From: Octopus bimaculoides
Lineage: Eukaryota
Direction of reading: 5' to 3'
Assembly: GCF_001194135.2 (NCBI RefSeq)
Contig: NC_068994.1
Coordinates: forward strand, 14,827,483 to 14,884,010
DNA length: 56,528 nt
Shown here: piece by piece, positions 11,141-24,405 of the stretch
Numbering within the stretch: the first letter of the stretch is position 1
How the letters are laid out: each line of letters begins with the position of its first letter
Translations under genes and position numbers: made by a program
Notes under the pieces: model-generated
Databases searched by the model: none
The model's input: the letters and a program-made list of their open reading frames with translations, nothing else
Told to the model about the DNA's origin: nothing

Positions 11141-12562
11141 TAATGATTTTGAAGCTTGACTTCATTAACAAAAGAGTCTCTAGATATTTGTTCAGTTGGC
11201 AAGAAATAGTAGTAAAATCTCCCTTAACCCCTGTCCCCACCCTCACCATATCATTTGAAAGCACATGAAAAAAATACAGTCTCAAATAATTCTAGAAAGA
11301 AAGGATGCTCAAAGATGGAACACTTCTCATCAGAAACTTGCATAATCAGTGCCAACTTTAGGTTTAAACAATCATATTAACTTTAAATGATATAACCAAG
11401 AACATCATTTTGTAATCAACTATATAAAGTATTTCATGCTAGGTATCAAAGATAATATAACTTTTAGCTTGAATTTGATTTACTTGATAACCTGGAAAAT
11501 GTATACTTGATTGATGCCAGACACTAAGAAAATCTTACAAATTGCACCAAAGAAGAATTTTTTTCTTGTTTTATATATTAGTCATATAATAACTGACATG
11601 AGTTATTGAATATTGAATGCAAATTTTGGGTTGTGTTAGGGCAAGAAAGTAAACTACTTTGAATCATTTCGTAAATTAGAATATTTCATTGTACAGTCAT
11701 GAAAAAAAAGACATACCAAAAAAAAAAAAAAAAAGTGAAAAAACACTTGATGACACATTTGCAAAATTGTGAATGGCTCCAGGACAAATGTGGTAGCAAT
11801 CACACTGCAGGCCATTGGATTAAGGGCATAATGGAGAACAATGTCAACAAAAAGGCTTAGGTGCTTAGAAATTGATAGAATAGGTGGTCGTGAGTTTTGT
11901 CATTTTGTTGAAAAAGTCGAAACTAGATTGTGCCAACATCAGTCTTTGTCTTGGTTCAAAACAAAATATAAGAAGCAAACAAAGTTTCGTGAACAACCTG
12001 TGAGAACAGAACTAGGCTTTCTATAGGTGACCTGCACAGTTGACAATAAAGCTCACCAACAAAGACTGCCGTTTATACAGGAGACAGTTGATTGACACGT
12101 ACAACAGAGTTAGGGAATTTTTACTAAGTGCAGACATTAACCCCCCCACCCCCAACCTCCTTCCTCCAACATTTCCCAAATGTTTTTCTTGGTTTTCAAA
12201 AAGCAAAATGGTTGTTTAACTAATCCCTGAGAGAACGGAACCCTGATCAAAGTTGTTCTATTAATGTACATCCTGTCTTTCTGTACATTGAGTACTACCT
12301 CCACCAGAGAATATAATGGGATTTAAAGGGAATTTTGCTGCTATTATTCACAGGTCAAGCAACCAAGTTTATGCAATTTGTTGGCTCAGTTGGTATGAAT
12401 CGGTCGTTTTACAAAGTAATATCATGTATCAAAAAGTTCAGCATTCTAACTATACAAAAGTTTGCAGAAAACGACACTGAGATCAGTGTGTGAAAGTTCT
12501 GAACCTCTGATTCAAAAGCCATACATTTGAAATTTGCTTTAAGTAACAAGTTCAAAACTCAC

Positions 12563-12668
12563 TCGCTTTTCTTCTTTCATTGCAAAAATACAATTGGGAT
12601 AATGTTACAAGCAATGAAACAGTAAACAATAGCAATGATGAGATCTGAATTGGCAGAACTTTGACCAT
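12563..12668 (-). CDS. Candidate first or internal exon with hydrophobic segment
   Basis: ATG at 12668; MVKVLPIQISSLLLFTVSLLVTLSQLYFCNERRKA then a|gtgagt donor (phase 1). Could arise by chance from T-rich codons. Confidence 0.2.
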
Positions 12669-12847
12669 TAGATCACAATCTTCGCTAATCAACCAGTCAC
12701 AGCTTTCATCTTCTACATTAGTTTGTGTTCATACACATATTTCAACAGGCAAACTATCATCTTCAGGCTATATTCCCAATTTTTTTTTATTATTTTATTT
12801 TCCCCCCATTTCATTATTATTTTGTTTTATATAGCAAGTGAATCTGA

Positions 12848-12848
12848 A

Positions 12849-12910
<62 letters not shown>
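12848..12910. repeat. poly(A) run, ~60 nt
   Basis: Directly visible. Confidence 0.95.
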
Positions 12911-12912
<2 letters not shown>

Positions 12913-13364
12913 TAGTATTTGAAACATTTTGTAAACAACAACACAGAAGGTCAGGTTAATACTATGAGTAATCTTTGCCATCCTACTTAAACCTAAAGCT
13001 TAAAAATATAGAAAATACAATTAGCCTCATGAAATATTTCTATTGCTTTTGTTTTTCATTGCAGCTTTAAAAAAAAAAATCTAACAAAATAAGAAAGAAA
13101 AGCTAATGCAAAAAAAAAAGACAAAAAAATTAGTAAAGCAGATTAGTTTTGTACTTCTTAATGTTAAATGTGTGTCACCAGCTGCCTAGTAGACTTAACT
13201 GGTAATGGATTAAGGAAAACAATTTTGTCCTGAAGAGACAGTTGCACCAAAGGTCCTTTAAAAAAAACTCACATGGTTGTTAAAAATTTCTTAGAAGTTG
13301 AATAAAGGTTGTGGTTAACATAAATAGGATTTTTGAGATAGTTCTGTATTATTAATAAACTCAC

Positions 13365-13409
13365 TTGAAATATTCTGGTATTTCATTAGGAAACTGAAGA
13401 GCCAATTGA
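13365..13409 (-). CDS. Candidate 45-nt exon
   Basis: Strong acceptor ttattatttttgtttcattag and donor aa|gtgagt; QLALQFPNEIPEYF (phase 2-2) or NWLFSFLMKYQNIS (phase 1-1). Confidence 0.45.
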
Positions 13410-13870
13410 CTAATGAAACAAAAATAATAAACTATAAAAAATTTATAATTGTTTATAGATATAAACATTTACTCGTGTGTTTGTGTGTGCAAGCACATAG
13501 AAAGGAGAGAGAGAAATCCAAGATGTCTCTGTGATGTTCTGGTCTCCATGTGAATATACAATTGTATCATATAATGCTGGGGCTATATATATACATATAT
13601 ATATATAAATAATAATAAAGGAGTTACGACGCAAAAACGTATATATTCAAATGAAAATATTTATCTTCTTCAATATATATTTCAGTATAAATATAACACC
13701 ATTGATGTTAAATGTAAGTATATAATTTGGAATGCTGAAATAAAAAATATTCCATGGAAAAGACAACAAAACAGCTGTAATCATACAGTAATAATAAATC
13801 TGTATTCACATCTCATACCTCTTGATCTTAGGACTATTTTATACAACCACATATACAAACACAGATATAC

Positions 13871-13873
<3 letters not shown>

Positions 13874-13932
<59 letters not shown>

Positions 13933-13933
13933 G
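13874..13933. repeat. (TG)n microsatellite
   Basis: Directly visible. Confidence 0.95.
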
Positions 13934-14384
13934 TACAGAGTATATTTAAACTGAATGCATGTCTTGAACCATGAGGTAAACATTCAGTTTATATAAGTGA
14001 TATACTCTACAACAGGTATTGAATACTCTTCCTGCATTCATCTAACACACTTCAACATTTGTTTGTTTGTTAGTGACCATTCACTCATTAGTTACAGACT
14101 TGTTGACAAAAATTATAAACAACTAAATCGGTCCCAACCCAAGTGTTGTAGTAATCTCATTGATCTCTAAATCTTATGAAAGTAAACTTTATCCTTTAAG
14201 AGTTGATGCAATACTTTACAGTTTCTGCTACTTCATCAAGACAATGTGGCAGTTTCAAATAGTAATTGAAACTGGATCACATATGTAATCAATTCTCTGA
14301 CAACTCAATGCAATACTATTTTAGAAATGAGTATTTTAAGCTTCAAAATATAGAAACAAAAGCAGAATTATATTGAAAATTTAT

Positions 14385-15030
14385 TCAAGCATAGCTGTGT
14401 GGTTGAGAAGCTTGTTTCCTATCCATACAGTCTTGAGTTTAGTCATGCTGTGCATCACCTTCTGCAAATGTCTTCTACTATAGCATCAGGCTGACTCAGG
14501 CCTTGTTAGTAAATCTGGCAGATAGAAACTGAAAGAAGCCTGTTGTGTGTGTGTATGCCTTTGTCTCCCTTGCTACTGGCTTGACAAAACGGTGTTGGTT
14601 TGTTTACATCCTTGTAATTTAATGATTTGGGAAAAGAGACTGATGGAGTAAGTACTAGGTGTGAAAAAGATATTGTACTAGGGTTGATTTGTTTGACTAA
14701 ACCAGTGGTTTTCAACTGGGGTCTGTATGGCCCTTGGGAGTCTATATAAGATTTTGTTGTTAAAAATTATGTGTTATAAATAGGTTATACTTCTACAGTG
14801 CAGAAAACATTTTATCAATTTTTTCTTATATACAATTCCTAATATTTAATTATAAAAATATAATGGGATTTTTTAAAACATCAAATGGCTACGGGATCCA
14901 GTGGAGTAAACTAGAAATCATAGGGGTCCATAGGCAAAAAATGGTTGAGAACCACTGGATTAAATAAACACTTCAATGTGGTGCCCCAGTATGGCCACAG
15001 CCCAGTGACAGAAATAAGAACAAAATAGCT
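14385..15030 (+). mobile_element. SINE-A, old copy interrupted by hAT MITE
   Basis: Head gctgtgtggttgagaagcttg, body gaaactgaaagaagcc, resumes after 14957 with ggtgccccagtatggccacag. Confidence 0.8.
14703..14957. mobile_element. hAT MITE (255 bp)
   Basis: TIRs CAGTGGTTTTCAACT / GGTTGAGAACCACTG; TSD gactaaac/gattaaat (6/8). Confidence 0.85.
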
Positions 15031-15472
15031 TGTTACACCATCCAAAGGTCTTTGAATGGAAGAAACATACAATGAGATCGAGCAAAGTTAATAAGATTAA
15101 TAGCTCTTTCAATTTATGAATGTGCTGTCATTAAAATATTGATTTTTATTACTTTTTTAACAGATACTAAATGAGATAATTTAAGGTAACTAGAAAAAAG
15201 AACAGTTGGAGTCATAAAAATGGTAGTATAGTGAGCTTTAGAGTATGAGTTGAGTGGGAGAAGCTTCAATCATGATGAAATATAGATTATAATTATATCT
15301 AAGACTTGTGTCTTTGAAGCAATGAAATACAGGTAATAAACATAGGGAATTTGCACCTATAAGAAAAGACTGACTAGAACTGTTGCTTGGCTCATTGGCA
15401 CCTGCTTCTATAGATTCTGTCAGACTCTCGTCCAATAGAGGTAGGTTTCTGGTGCATAATTATATGTTACAT

Positions 15473-15476
<4 letters not shown>

Positions 15477-15534
<58 letters not shown>

Positions 15535-15600
15535 AAGAGAGAGAGAGAGTGAGTGAAAGAGAGAGGGGGGTGAGGGAGAGACAGAGAGAGGGTGAGAGAG
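15477..15600. repeat. (GA)n microsatellite
   Basis: Directly visible. Confidence 0.95.
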
Positions 15601-16304
15601 AAACAAACAGACAGACAAAGAATAGACTTCCAGTATTTGATTAGTATTTTATTGACCTTGAAAGAACGAAAAGCAAAGCTGATCCCTGTGGGATTTGAAC
15701 TTAGAGAACAGTGAAGTGAAAATGAATACTGCAAAAGATTCTAGCCGATATGCAGATAAACACTAACTGACTGTGAAAGGGAGCTATAAAAAAAAGAAGA
15801 AGAAAATGCTCTTCAAAATCAAAACTGAATATATACAAAAAACACAACTGCACTACCATATGGACAGGACATGTAACATGAAAAATAATTTACATCCAAA
15901 TGAAAAATAAAACAAATTATAAATGTAACGCTGATTTGCAATATGATGAGTAGAAGGTACATTAGTAGAGAGTGTAGTAAATAATTTACAATCATAAATG
16001 AAATCTCACACTATTGAAACCATTTTGGAAAATATTATTTATGTCGTTTCTGTTATTGTTATTTAGGCCGAGGAGAAAGGGGGTGCCATATTTCTCTTAG
16101 GAGTAAGATCAGGTTCAAAGAAGAAAGGGAAGATGGGGCAAAGGGGGCGAGAAGGAAACAAAAAAAAAAAAGGAATGGTTGATAACAAGCTGCATGAACC
16201 CTGCTTTTATATCAGCTATTATCAAATGTGTATCATAATATATGGAAAATNNNNNNNNNNNNNNNNNNNNNNNNNNNNNNNNNNNNNNNNNNNNNNNNNN
16301 NNNN

Positions 16305-16349
<45 letters not shown>

Positions 16350-16540
16350 CACACACACACATGTATATAGAGGAGGGAGTAAAAAGATGCAGAGAACATG
16401 TGTCTGTGTAGCATCCAACTCAGTTCTATCACAAAGGGAGAGGAATTAGAAAGCAAAAAGAAAGAAAGAAAGCAAGAAAGGAAGAAGACAAAAAAAAAAG
16501 AGACAAAGTGATAAAGGTGGATAACATTTAAGTTAGTTAC

Positions 16541-16662
16541 CATAATGATTCAAGACAGACACCATGGAGCTTGGAACTCCGCCAAGGACAAATGTTGGCT
16601 AATGCCATATTCCTACTGTGCAGGGGAGCTTCAGAAGTGGGAGTGGAAGAGAAAATAGTTGG
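16541..16662 (-). CDS. Candidate exon (122 nt, phase 0-2)
   Basis: Acceptor ttgcttgttttag, donor tg|gtaact; only one open frame, PTIFSSTPTSEAPLHSRNMALANICPWRSSKLHGVCLESL; phase-compatible with 13365-13409 (...ESL-C-QLALQFPNEIPEYF). Confidence 0.4.
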
Positions 16663-18336
16663 CTAAAACAAGCAATTAAGCATCAGTTCTGTTGACCTAG
16701 AAGTTAGTCTGTTGGATAATGAATAAGTTAGGTGTGGTACTGTTAAGCCAATCATGTAAATGTTAGAAGCAGAATCGAGCTAATTATACATGTTGAGGAG
16801 GAATTTGAAGTCCAGCTAAGTCTTTATTCGGGTTCTGTTCCCATCATTTGACTTTTCATGCCATCACAATGTATTCTGCTCTCATAGCAGAGTTCAATCA
16901 ATTAGATTGCATTGCCGAACGAACAGAATAAAGAAGTAATGGCTTGAAATTAATATGTGGAAATATGGTGGTGAGGAATTTAGGGTATTAGGTGAAGATG
17001 GGAAAATTCAAAATTGTTAATGAGCAGAAATACGAACGAAGAAAGCAGCTTTCTTCAGTTGACGAGAAATAAAGAAACAAATAGAAACTTGATATAACTT
17101 TCACATTACCGAGATTCTAATTGCACCAACACACAAAGAACATGATGCATTTAGTATTAAATTCACACGTAAAAAAGAAAAGAAAAAAGGTCTCCTTCCT
17201 TTACAATGCTGTTTGGCTAAAATTAGGGTAAAAGAAAGCTTATTATTATTATTATTATTATTATCATCATTTATGAAAATAACCTAATGAACACATAATT
17301 TTACTGGGTGAAAGATTTTAGAATCTATTGATGTGTAATAACAAAAAGACTTTTAGTTTGAGAAGGCAATGTTATGTTAGTCTAATGCCTGTGCAGCATT
17401 AATAGTAACAGCAGCAATAAGAATAAATAAATAAAGCAAAGAATAGAGAGAATGTATAATTAATACACTAGATATGCAGTGATAAATGTGAAAGAGAATG
17501 AGCTTTGGTTACCTATCTAGTTTGTTGAAGATGGATTCAGGTTAAGCATGTGATACAGAAGAGAGAAGTGAACGAATGTGATAGCCACAAATGATAAATG
17601 AGGTAACAGTGCCCTCACAAAAACACAAGTGAAATTGCAAAACATGCAGAAGAAACTGAAGGCGGTATGACAAGGTGAAGCCAGGTTACTTGCACAGATT
17701 TGTCCAGCTATTAATCATAATTTATATGAAGTAGTTTTTAACATAATCACGACCCATTAAATATGTCTAACTAGCAATCAATCTTAAGTAGACATACTGA
17801 AAATAAATTGGTGAATAGTGTTTACTAGGAGGAACACTACTCAATAATTTAAGCCAGACGAAATTAGATGAAATATTCAATGACTCACTTAACTATCTGC
17901 TAAATAGATAGATTAACTAACAAATTGTAATTAACTAAAAGAAAAAAGTGAAATAGCAAAAAGAATTTACAAATATAGTGTGCACAAATGTGTGTACATG
18001 CACATGTGTTAATTTCTTAACTTGAAAGCAAAAAGGAATGAGAGATCATCGAGTGATTGAACATTAATATATTACTGCTACTTGACTTATAAACAACATC
18101 AAATCCCATACTGCAAAGTGCACTATGTATATATTTGAGCTAAAGAAGGAGCTTCAATGGTAATTGTATGACTTGTTAGAAATAACAGCCCAAACTGCCT
18201 GAAATCACAATCACACGCTACATTTAAATTTTTTTTTTTTTTAAGCTGAAGCATTTGATAATATAGTCCAAGATACACAATGTGGAGAAAAAACAAAACA
18301 AAAAAAAACAGGAAGAGGGTCCTGGCTGAACCATCA

Positions 18337-18572
18337 TTAACCCTTAAGTGTTCAGATTACTCTGTCAATTGTATTGTATTGTTTGTTTAGTTAGTTACAT
18401 TGTTTAACTTAATCATGCATTATCTTGTAGTTTAGAGATTTTGATGATACAATTGTTTAGTTTTAGAAAGACATTGTAGGGTTGGAGCAAGAGGCCTGAT
18501 GTGGTCAGTTTCAACATAAAATAGGTTAAATTTTTGGGCTGGATATGGCCAGTTTAAATGCTAAAGGGTTAA
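18337..18572 (-). mobile_element. piggyBac-type MITE
   Basis: TTAA-cccttaagtgttcag...aaatgctaaaggg-TTAA. Confidence 0.85.
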
Positions 18573-18887
18573 ACATAGTCTACTTGATCAGAGATGAGCG
18601 GGGGCTGATCAACAACTACTGTCCACATCTCTTTTCCTCTTAGTTAGGAGAAGAGCAGTACTTATGACACCCTACATGGCCTTTGAGAAAGCATGCTCAA
18701 ACCAGAGACCTAGCCAAAATTCTTACAGTGGAATGGACTCCACTAAAGACATTCAAGGGCTAGGTAGTCATGTTAAACAACTATTGGGACTTGTGAATGA
18801 GAAGCCAGTTTTAACTCCATTACTCAATGCTTTGGACTAGACTTGAATTAGAACAGGAGATTATTATTTTTAAACTAACAAATCATT

Positions 18888-19080
18888 AGCACACCAGGCA
18901 AAATGCTTAGCTGCTTTTCATCCATCTTTACATTCAGGGTTCAAATTCTACCAAGGCCGACTTTGCTGTTCATCCATTTGGGGTCGATAAATTAAGTACC
19001 AGTTGAGCACTGGAGTTGATGTAATCAACTTGCCCCCACATCCGAAATTGTTGGCCTTCTGTCAAAAATTTGAAACCAAT
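18888..19080 (+). mobile_element. SINE-C (core ggggtcgataaattaagtaccagttgagcactgg; Nin/Deu-domain-like)
   Basis: B-box gggttcaaattc; core repeated at 24085-24405, 36660-36825 and 43351-43557. Superfamily name is from recall and unverified. Confidence 0.75.
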
Positions 19081-20602
19081 ATGTTCCAGTAGACTCGAAT
19101 GCAGATACGTTAATCACTGTCGTGTGCATAACACACTCAACTCAGTAGTGTAAGGGGTCCTGGGACACCACTGTTTCATTATGTGTTTCGTCAGCCAGAA
19201 GTACTGAATCAGACTTTATATACGACTACATTATCTAAGGTAGGTAGTAGGGTGCAATGTGAGGAATATTTAGCTGTTTTTTTGCTTTTTTTGTAGTAGA
19301 TTGAGCAATCATGTACATCTCTAAAGGGTCACTGCTTCAAGCTAGCTCTGATCAAGCAGACATTTATGATTAAAAGCATTTCACTTGTAACCACTCAGTG
19401 TGTGGTTTTTTTTTGTTTTTTTTTTCAGGAACAGTGTACCATGAACACTACAGTATCCAATGTGTCCTTTTTTAAGATAAGGTCTGCTGAAGGAGATTTG
19501 GTTACTATTTCTAACATGACAATTAACATATAAAACCTCCCTTCCCTCATTGGCCTGATCTCTCATAAGCAGTTACAGATAACTTGGAAATCTATTTTTT
19601 TGATGATTATAACAGAACATAAAAAAACCTTCATAAACTGAAGGTATTTTTTGAAGAAAAAGACAAACAATAACAGTTTTCATTACTGTGAAAACTAACA
19701 GTTTACCAGAGATAATAATTATGTCAAAGATATGATTTACTTAACGGTGGGAAAATATAATGTAATTAAATGTCATTTCAGAAACAAGTAGCATTAATTA
19801 AACTATATACAATCAAAATTAGTTTTAGGTACTGAGGTAGAAGATATCTCTCATAGCCTTGTTGTATCTTAAAATATATTTACATCAATTAATTAACAAA
19901 GATATCCAAATGTACAAAAAAAGATTAAAAAAACACGTCATATTACAAAAGATAATTGGATATTTGTAGAAAAAAAAATATATATAGGAAAAAAAGAAAA
20001 ACTGTTTGAAACAAACCTATTACCCAAATTAATGCAAAGATATAGAATAAATATTTCTGATATAGCTACAAGTTTTTCTAGCTTTCTTTGCCTCTAAATT
20101 TTACATATCTTTAAATAAATGGTCAGAAAAGAGATGGAAAACGATACTATGAGAAAGAAGGAAAAAAAAAGTTATGAATGAACAACACACTACTAAGATC
20201 AGCTTTCAAAACATCTGTTTACATTCAATCATGACAAGGAAACAAAATATTTCAAACAAACTTCAGTTATATGTTTACATTGTACTTGCTTTTTGTTCTG
20301 AATCAAATTACAAAATGGCCTGAACAAGATAAATAGTATTATTTTCAAAATGTCAATATGTCGGTCCAGGAGTCAGTGAGGCATTGCAATTTAGAGAATT
20401 TATTACAGACAAATATTGTTTTCTTTCTGAAACACAAGGCCAAATTTGTGAGAGAAAGCGAGGAGGGATGACTAGGGTACTACTTAGAAGACAAAAAAAA
20501 ATTAGTAATGATGCTAAGAAACCCCACTATGAATTATGACGAAAACTGCCTCATGTATTTAAAACCCAGAACAATGATACCACAAGATCTAAACAAGCTT
20601 AT

Positions 20603-21012
20603 TTAACCCTCTCGATGCCATAATTTTTTGTGAAATATATGCCTTTATTTCATTATTAAGCTGGTGTTTGGAGCATAAAATAAATAGAAATTTTGATGGT
20701 TTTAATTTAAAACAAGCAGACTGTATTGTAGAACTTGGGGCAGTTTCAAGCAGGTTGGTATCAAAAAGGTTAACTCTTCAGATACAACCCCACACAAAAC
20801 TCTAGCTTTATTATGCCAAACCTTTGAAGTATTTATGTTTAAAAACATTCTTTTATGATTTTATGTAAGAACCTTTTTTGTCAAGTGACATTTCAAAGAT
20901 CAGTTTAATAATTAAGAGGGAAAAAAAAGCTATTTTATAAATTCTTGATTATTTTTGAAATTAATTGAAATGCACATGCTGTGTATTATTTCATGGTCAG
21001 AAAAAGGATTAA
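20603..21012. mobile_element. Two adjacent piggyBac-type MITEs (second subfamily) sharing one TTAA
   Basis: TTAA at 20603, 20770 and 21009; termini ccctctcgatgcca / tggtatcaaaaagg and ctcttcagatacaa / tggtcagaaaaagga. Confidence 0.6.
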
Positions 21013-21969
21013 TAGAACCCGATTCAGTTCCCTCTGTAGCTGTTTTAAAAATCAAGAGCTAACTATTTATGCAGAACTGACAAACCAACATCACCACTAC
21101 TAATATGTGTAAATAATTACATGATTTAGACTATAAAAGTTTGTCAATCAAAAAAATAATAATAAATAACAACTGTAAGGACATCATCACGGATTAGTGA
21201 TTTCAAGTAAAATTTATGCTAAAATTGCTGTTTAAAATGATGTCTGTTCAAAATAAAATAATCTGTCAAGGTAAAATAATTGCTTCATCATGGGAATTAA
21301 TTATAACACAGTGGGGAGCAATTAATGGAATACTAATGCAGAAGTGATCATTGCTAACGGCCTCATAGAAAATTTAAAACAAACAAGATATTGACGATTG
21401 ATGTATTGAAGGACACATTAGCCTTGGCAACACACACACACACACATTCTTTATTATTTTTCACTGGTGTTGGTTAGTTACTAAGAAGAAAAAAAAAACT
21501 TAACAAAGCTTGCATCATCCAGCTTTCAAGCCTCCACACTTTTTATTGCATCTCCATAATATACGCAGAAATCTAACATTTATAATGCATGGTTACTGAT
21601 CTGTCATTCAGTTGGAAAGGTTTATGATCACTTGCATTATACATCAAATATCAAAGGCAATCCAGTCATAGCTATCCTGTCTTTTCTAAGACATTGTATC
21701 TAGAACTGCATCAATCTGTCTGTTTCCTTCTTTGTAGGATGGTAGGGTTTAATTTGAAGGGGGCTTGGTGGCTATTCCCAGCAAGTCAAGCCACATATGT
21801 ATATTTATATACATGTATACATACCAGTGTGCATGCACCCATGCATTTGCACGTGCACATATAGATGTGCAAAACAAGCATTGGGGGTTGGTAAACGGAG
21901 GTCCTGCTCATGGGGTTGGTTGGTAGGAGTGACCTTGATGCAGGCAGTGCAAAGTAACAGCTTATGCTA

Positions 21970-22390
21970 AGATGGTATATTCAGGCTGTCGGCAGTCAGA
22001 GGCCTGAAATTTGCCAGAAGGGCATATCTCTGGTGACAGCAATACGATAAATTGTATTTCTTATTGATGGTAGCTGTAGATTGTTGGAGGATATGCAGTT
22101 TTTTGTGGAAGCAGAGCTGGCAGTTGGGGACGCCATGTGAATATGGTGGTGCTCTGTCAACAATAGTCCACTTGATGCTGGGTATTTCATCGTGGAGATC
22201 ATGGAGTCTCCAGAGAAAATGAGGCAGGGAAGTAGAGTTTTCTCTATCCCTGGATCTGAATGAGTGCATATGCTGAGAGTGTCTTTCCTTGAAGTTTTTA
22301 GCTGAAAGGGGGGTGTTATTCTCCTTCTCCTAATCCTTTTGGGGTGAGGAGAGGGTGTTTGGCTGTTGTCCACATACGTGAGCTTCTCAG
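21970..22390 (-). mobile_element. Penelope-like element, internally deleted (linker plus GIY-YIG C-terminal region)
   Basis: SGFTEKLTY...KRIRRRRITPPF linker; HSFRSRDRENSTSLPHFLWRLHD...PSIKWTIVDRAPPY...CQLCFHKKLHIL...INKK...CCH...LLANF matches the PLE endonuclease C-terminus. Confidence 0.85.
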
Positions 22391-24084
22391 TAAACCCACT
22401 TCTATATATACATACACACATGTATATGTGTGTGCCCCTTTGTTTTGACATCATGTGATGGTTGTAAGCCAATGTCAACATTATACAAACTGTGTCATCA
22501 GCTTCCAATCATCCATATAAACATGTCCCCCACTTAAGAGATAGACGAGGGTTAATGCCAAGAAGGGAGGGCATCCAGCAATGGAAACTTCACCTCAATG
22601 GATTCAATATGATCTATGCGTAGCATGGAAAAGTGGATGTGAAAAGTGGTGATGATGATAATGACGATATAATCTTATATCCGTGTAAACAATTAGACAT
22701 ATGTATGCATGGCAAGTTTTGTTTGTTTAGTGCTTAGTAATATTCTTTATTTTTATTTTTATTTTTAAAGAGCATTAAAACTTATGTCTGAAGAGAAGGA
22801 ACGTGAAATTTTATATAAATGTTTGAGTGGCTTTCACACAGATTACTTATGGTAAAGGTATTTTGAGTAAATCAAATACCATTTAAGGCAAATCCTATTT
22901 CAAATTAGTGATAATCTCGATGGCCTTCATGGATGAAATTAAGATCAGACTGCTGTAACTCCAATTAAGAGGAAGATTAAATAGATAAACTGACAACATT
23001 TATTAGTCGATAAACAGCATCAACTCTAGATAAATAGCACCTCCTCTCTTGCAAACAGACACCTCCAAACATCTGGGGCTAAACAGTTGAGTGTCAATGT
23101 TTCTTGTCTTTGTCATTTTAAATATTTTGACATGTGATTTGCTTTATGCTTATTCAACAGATTTGGATGCTGTCAGCTTTCAGTCAACAAACCTATGCAA
23201 GATAAAAAACATTCCAGCTATAACCATACCTTCTTCATATTTTGGGGGCAATGTATCCCCAGCCAACTTTATTATCCAATGTATCTAGAGTTTTTTTCTT
23301 TTTAAAACAGCAGGAAATGGATTAAAGGAGATTTAGCTGCTATATCTAGCAAGTTGAGCCACCATGTAAGGGATGCATTATTGACTTATCAAATCTGGAC
23401 ATTAGTAAAAACGATTGGCCTACTGACAAATATTAACTGTAATTGTTCAAGTTGTAAATGAGATCTATGTAAATTGCAACTTGTGGAAACATCTAAACTT
23501 AATCTCAAAATTTTCCATAGAAAATTACCTTTCTTAGACACAGGACTGGAGATTTTTTTTTTTTTTTACAAAGAGAAATAGTAAGCTATGACTTACATAC
23601 CTTTCCTGACACTAACAACATAAAGAAGAATGTTTTTATTCATATATTTTTAGGTAGGAAAACTTGTTTTTAGCCTTATTTTTCCAGAGAAATTACAGTC
23701 ACATCTACACATACNNNNNNNNNNNNNNNNNNNNNNNNNNNNNNNNNNNNNNNNNNNNNNNNNNNNNNNNNNNNNNNNNNNNNNNNNNNNNNNNNNNNNN
23801 NNNNNNNNNNNNNNNNNNNNNNNNNNNNNNNNNNNNNNNNNNNNNNNNNNNNNNNNNNNNNNNNNNNNNNNNNNNNNNNNNNNNNNNNNNNNNNNNNNNN
23901 NNNNNNNNNNNNNNNNNNNNNNNNNNNNNNNNNNNNNNNNNNNNNNNNNNNNNNNNNNNNNNNNNNNNNNNNNNNNNNNNNNNNNNNNNNNNNNNNNNNN
24001 NNNNNNNNNNNNNNNNNNNNNNNNNNNNNNNNNNNNNNNNNNNNNNNNNNAATTAGCAGCATTTCTTCTGACTTGACATGAGGT

Positions 24085-24405
24085 CAACTTTGCCTTTCGT
24101 CTTTTAGGGGGTCAATAAGATACCTGTTGAGCACTGGAATTGATATAATCAAATTCCCCTGCCCCTCAAATCTGCTGGCCTTCAGCCAAAATTATAAAGG
24201 ATAACTATTATTATTCGGCAGGAACATTACCACACTGGGCAAAATGCTTGGCAGCATTTCTTTAGACTATGTTCTGAGTTGAAAGGATGTGTAGTTCGAC
24301 TTCACCTTTCATTCTTTTGGAATTGATTAAAGTACCAGTTAAATATTAGGGGTAATGTAATTGACTTATTATTAATCGCTGCCCTAGTGCCAAAATTAGA
24401 AAGAA
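24085..24405 (+). mobile_element. Two tandem SINE-C copies, decayed
   Basis: tttgcctttcgtcttttagggggtcaataag and cacctttcattcttttggaattgattaaagtaccag cores. Confidence 0.7.

Noticed and set aside
15350-15448. Candidate exon NLPLLDESLTESIEAGANEPSNSSSQ
   Set aside because: Weak splice signals; splicing from the 16541 exon would create TGA at the junction.
16620-16662. PTIF as the end of a THAP domain (AVPTIF)
   Set aside because: No upstream C2CH exon found; four residues are not enough evidence.
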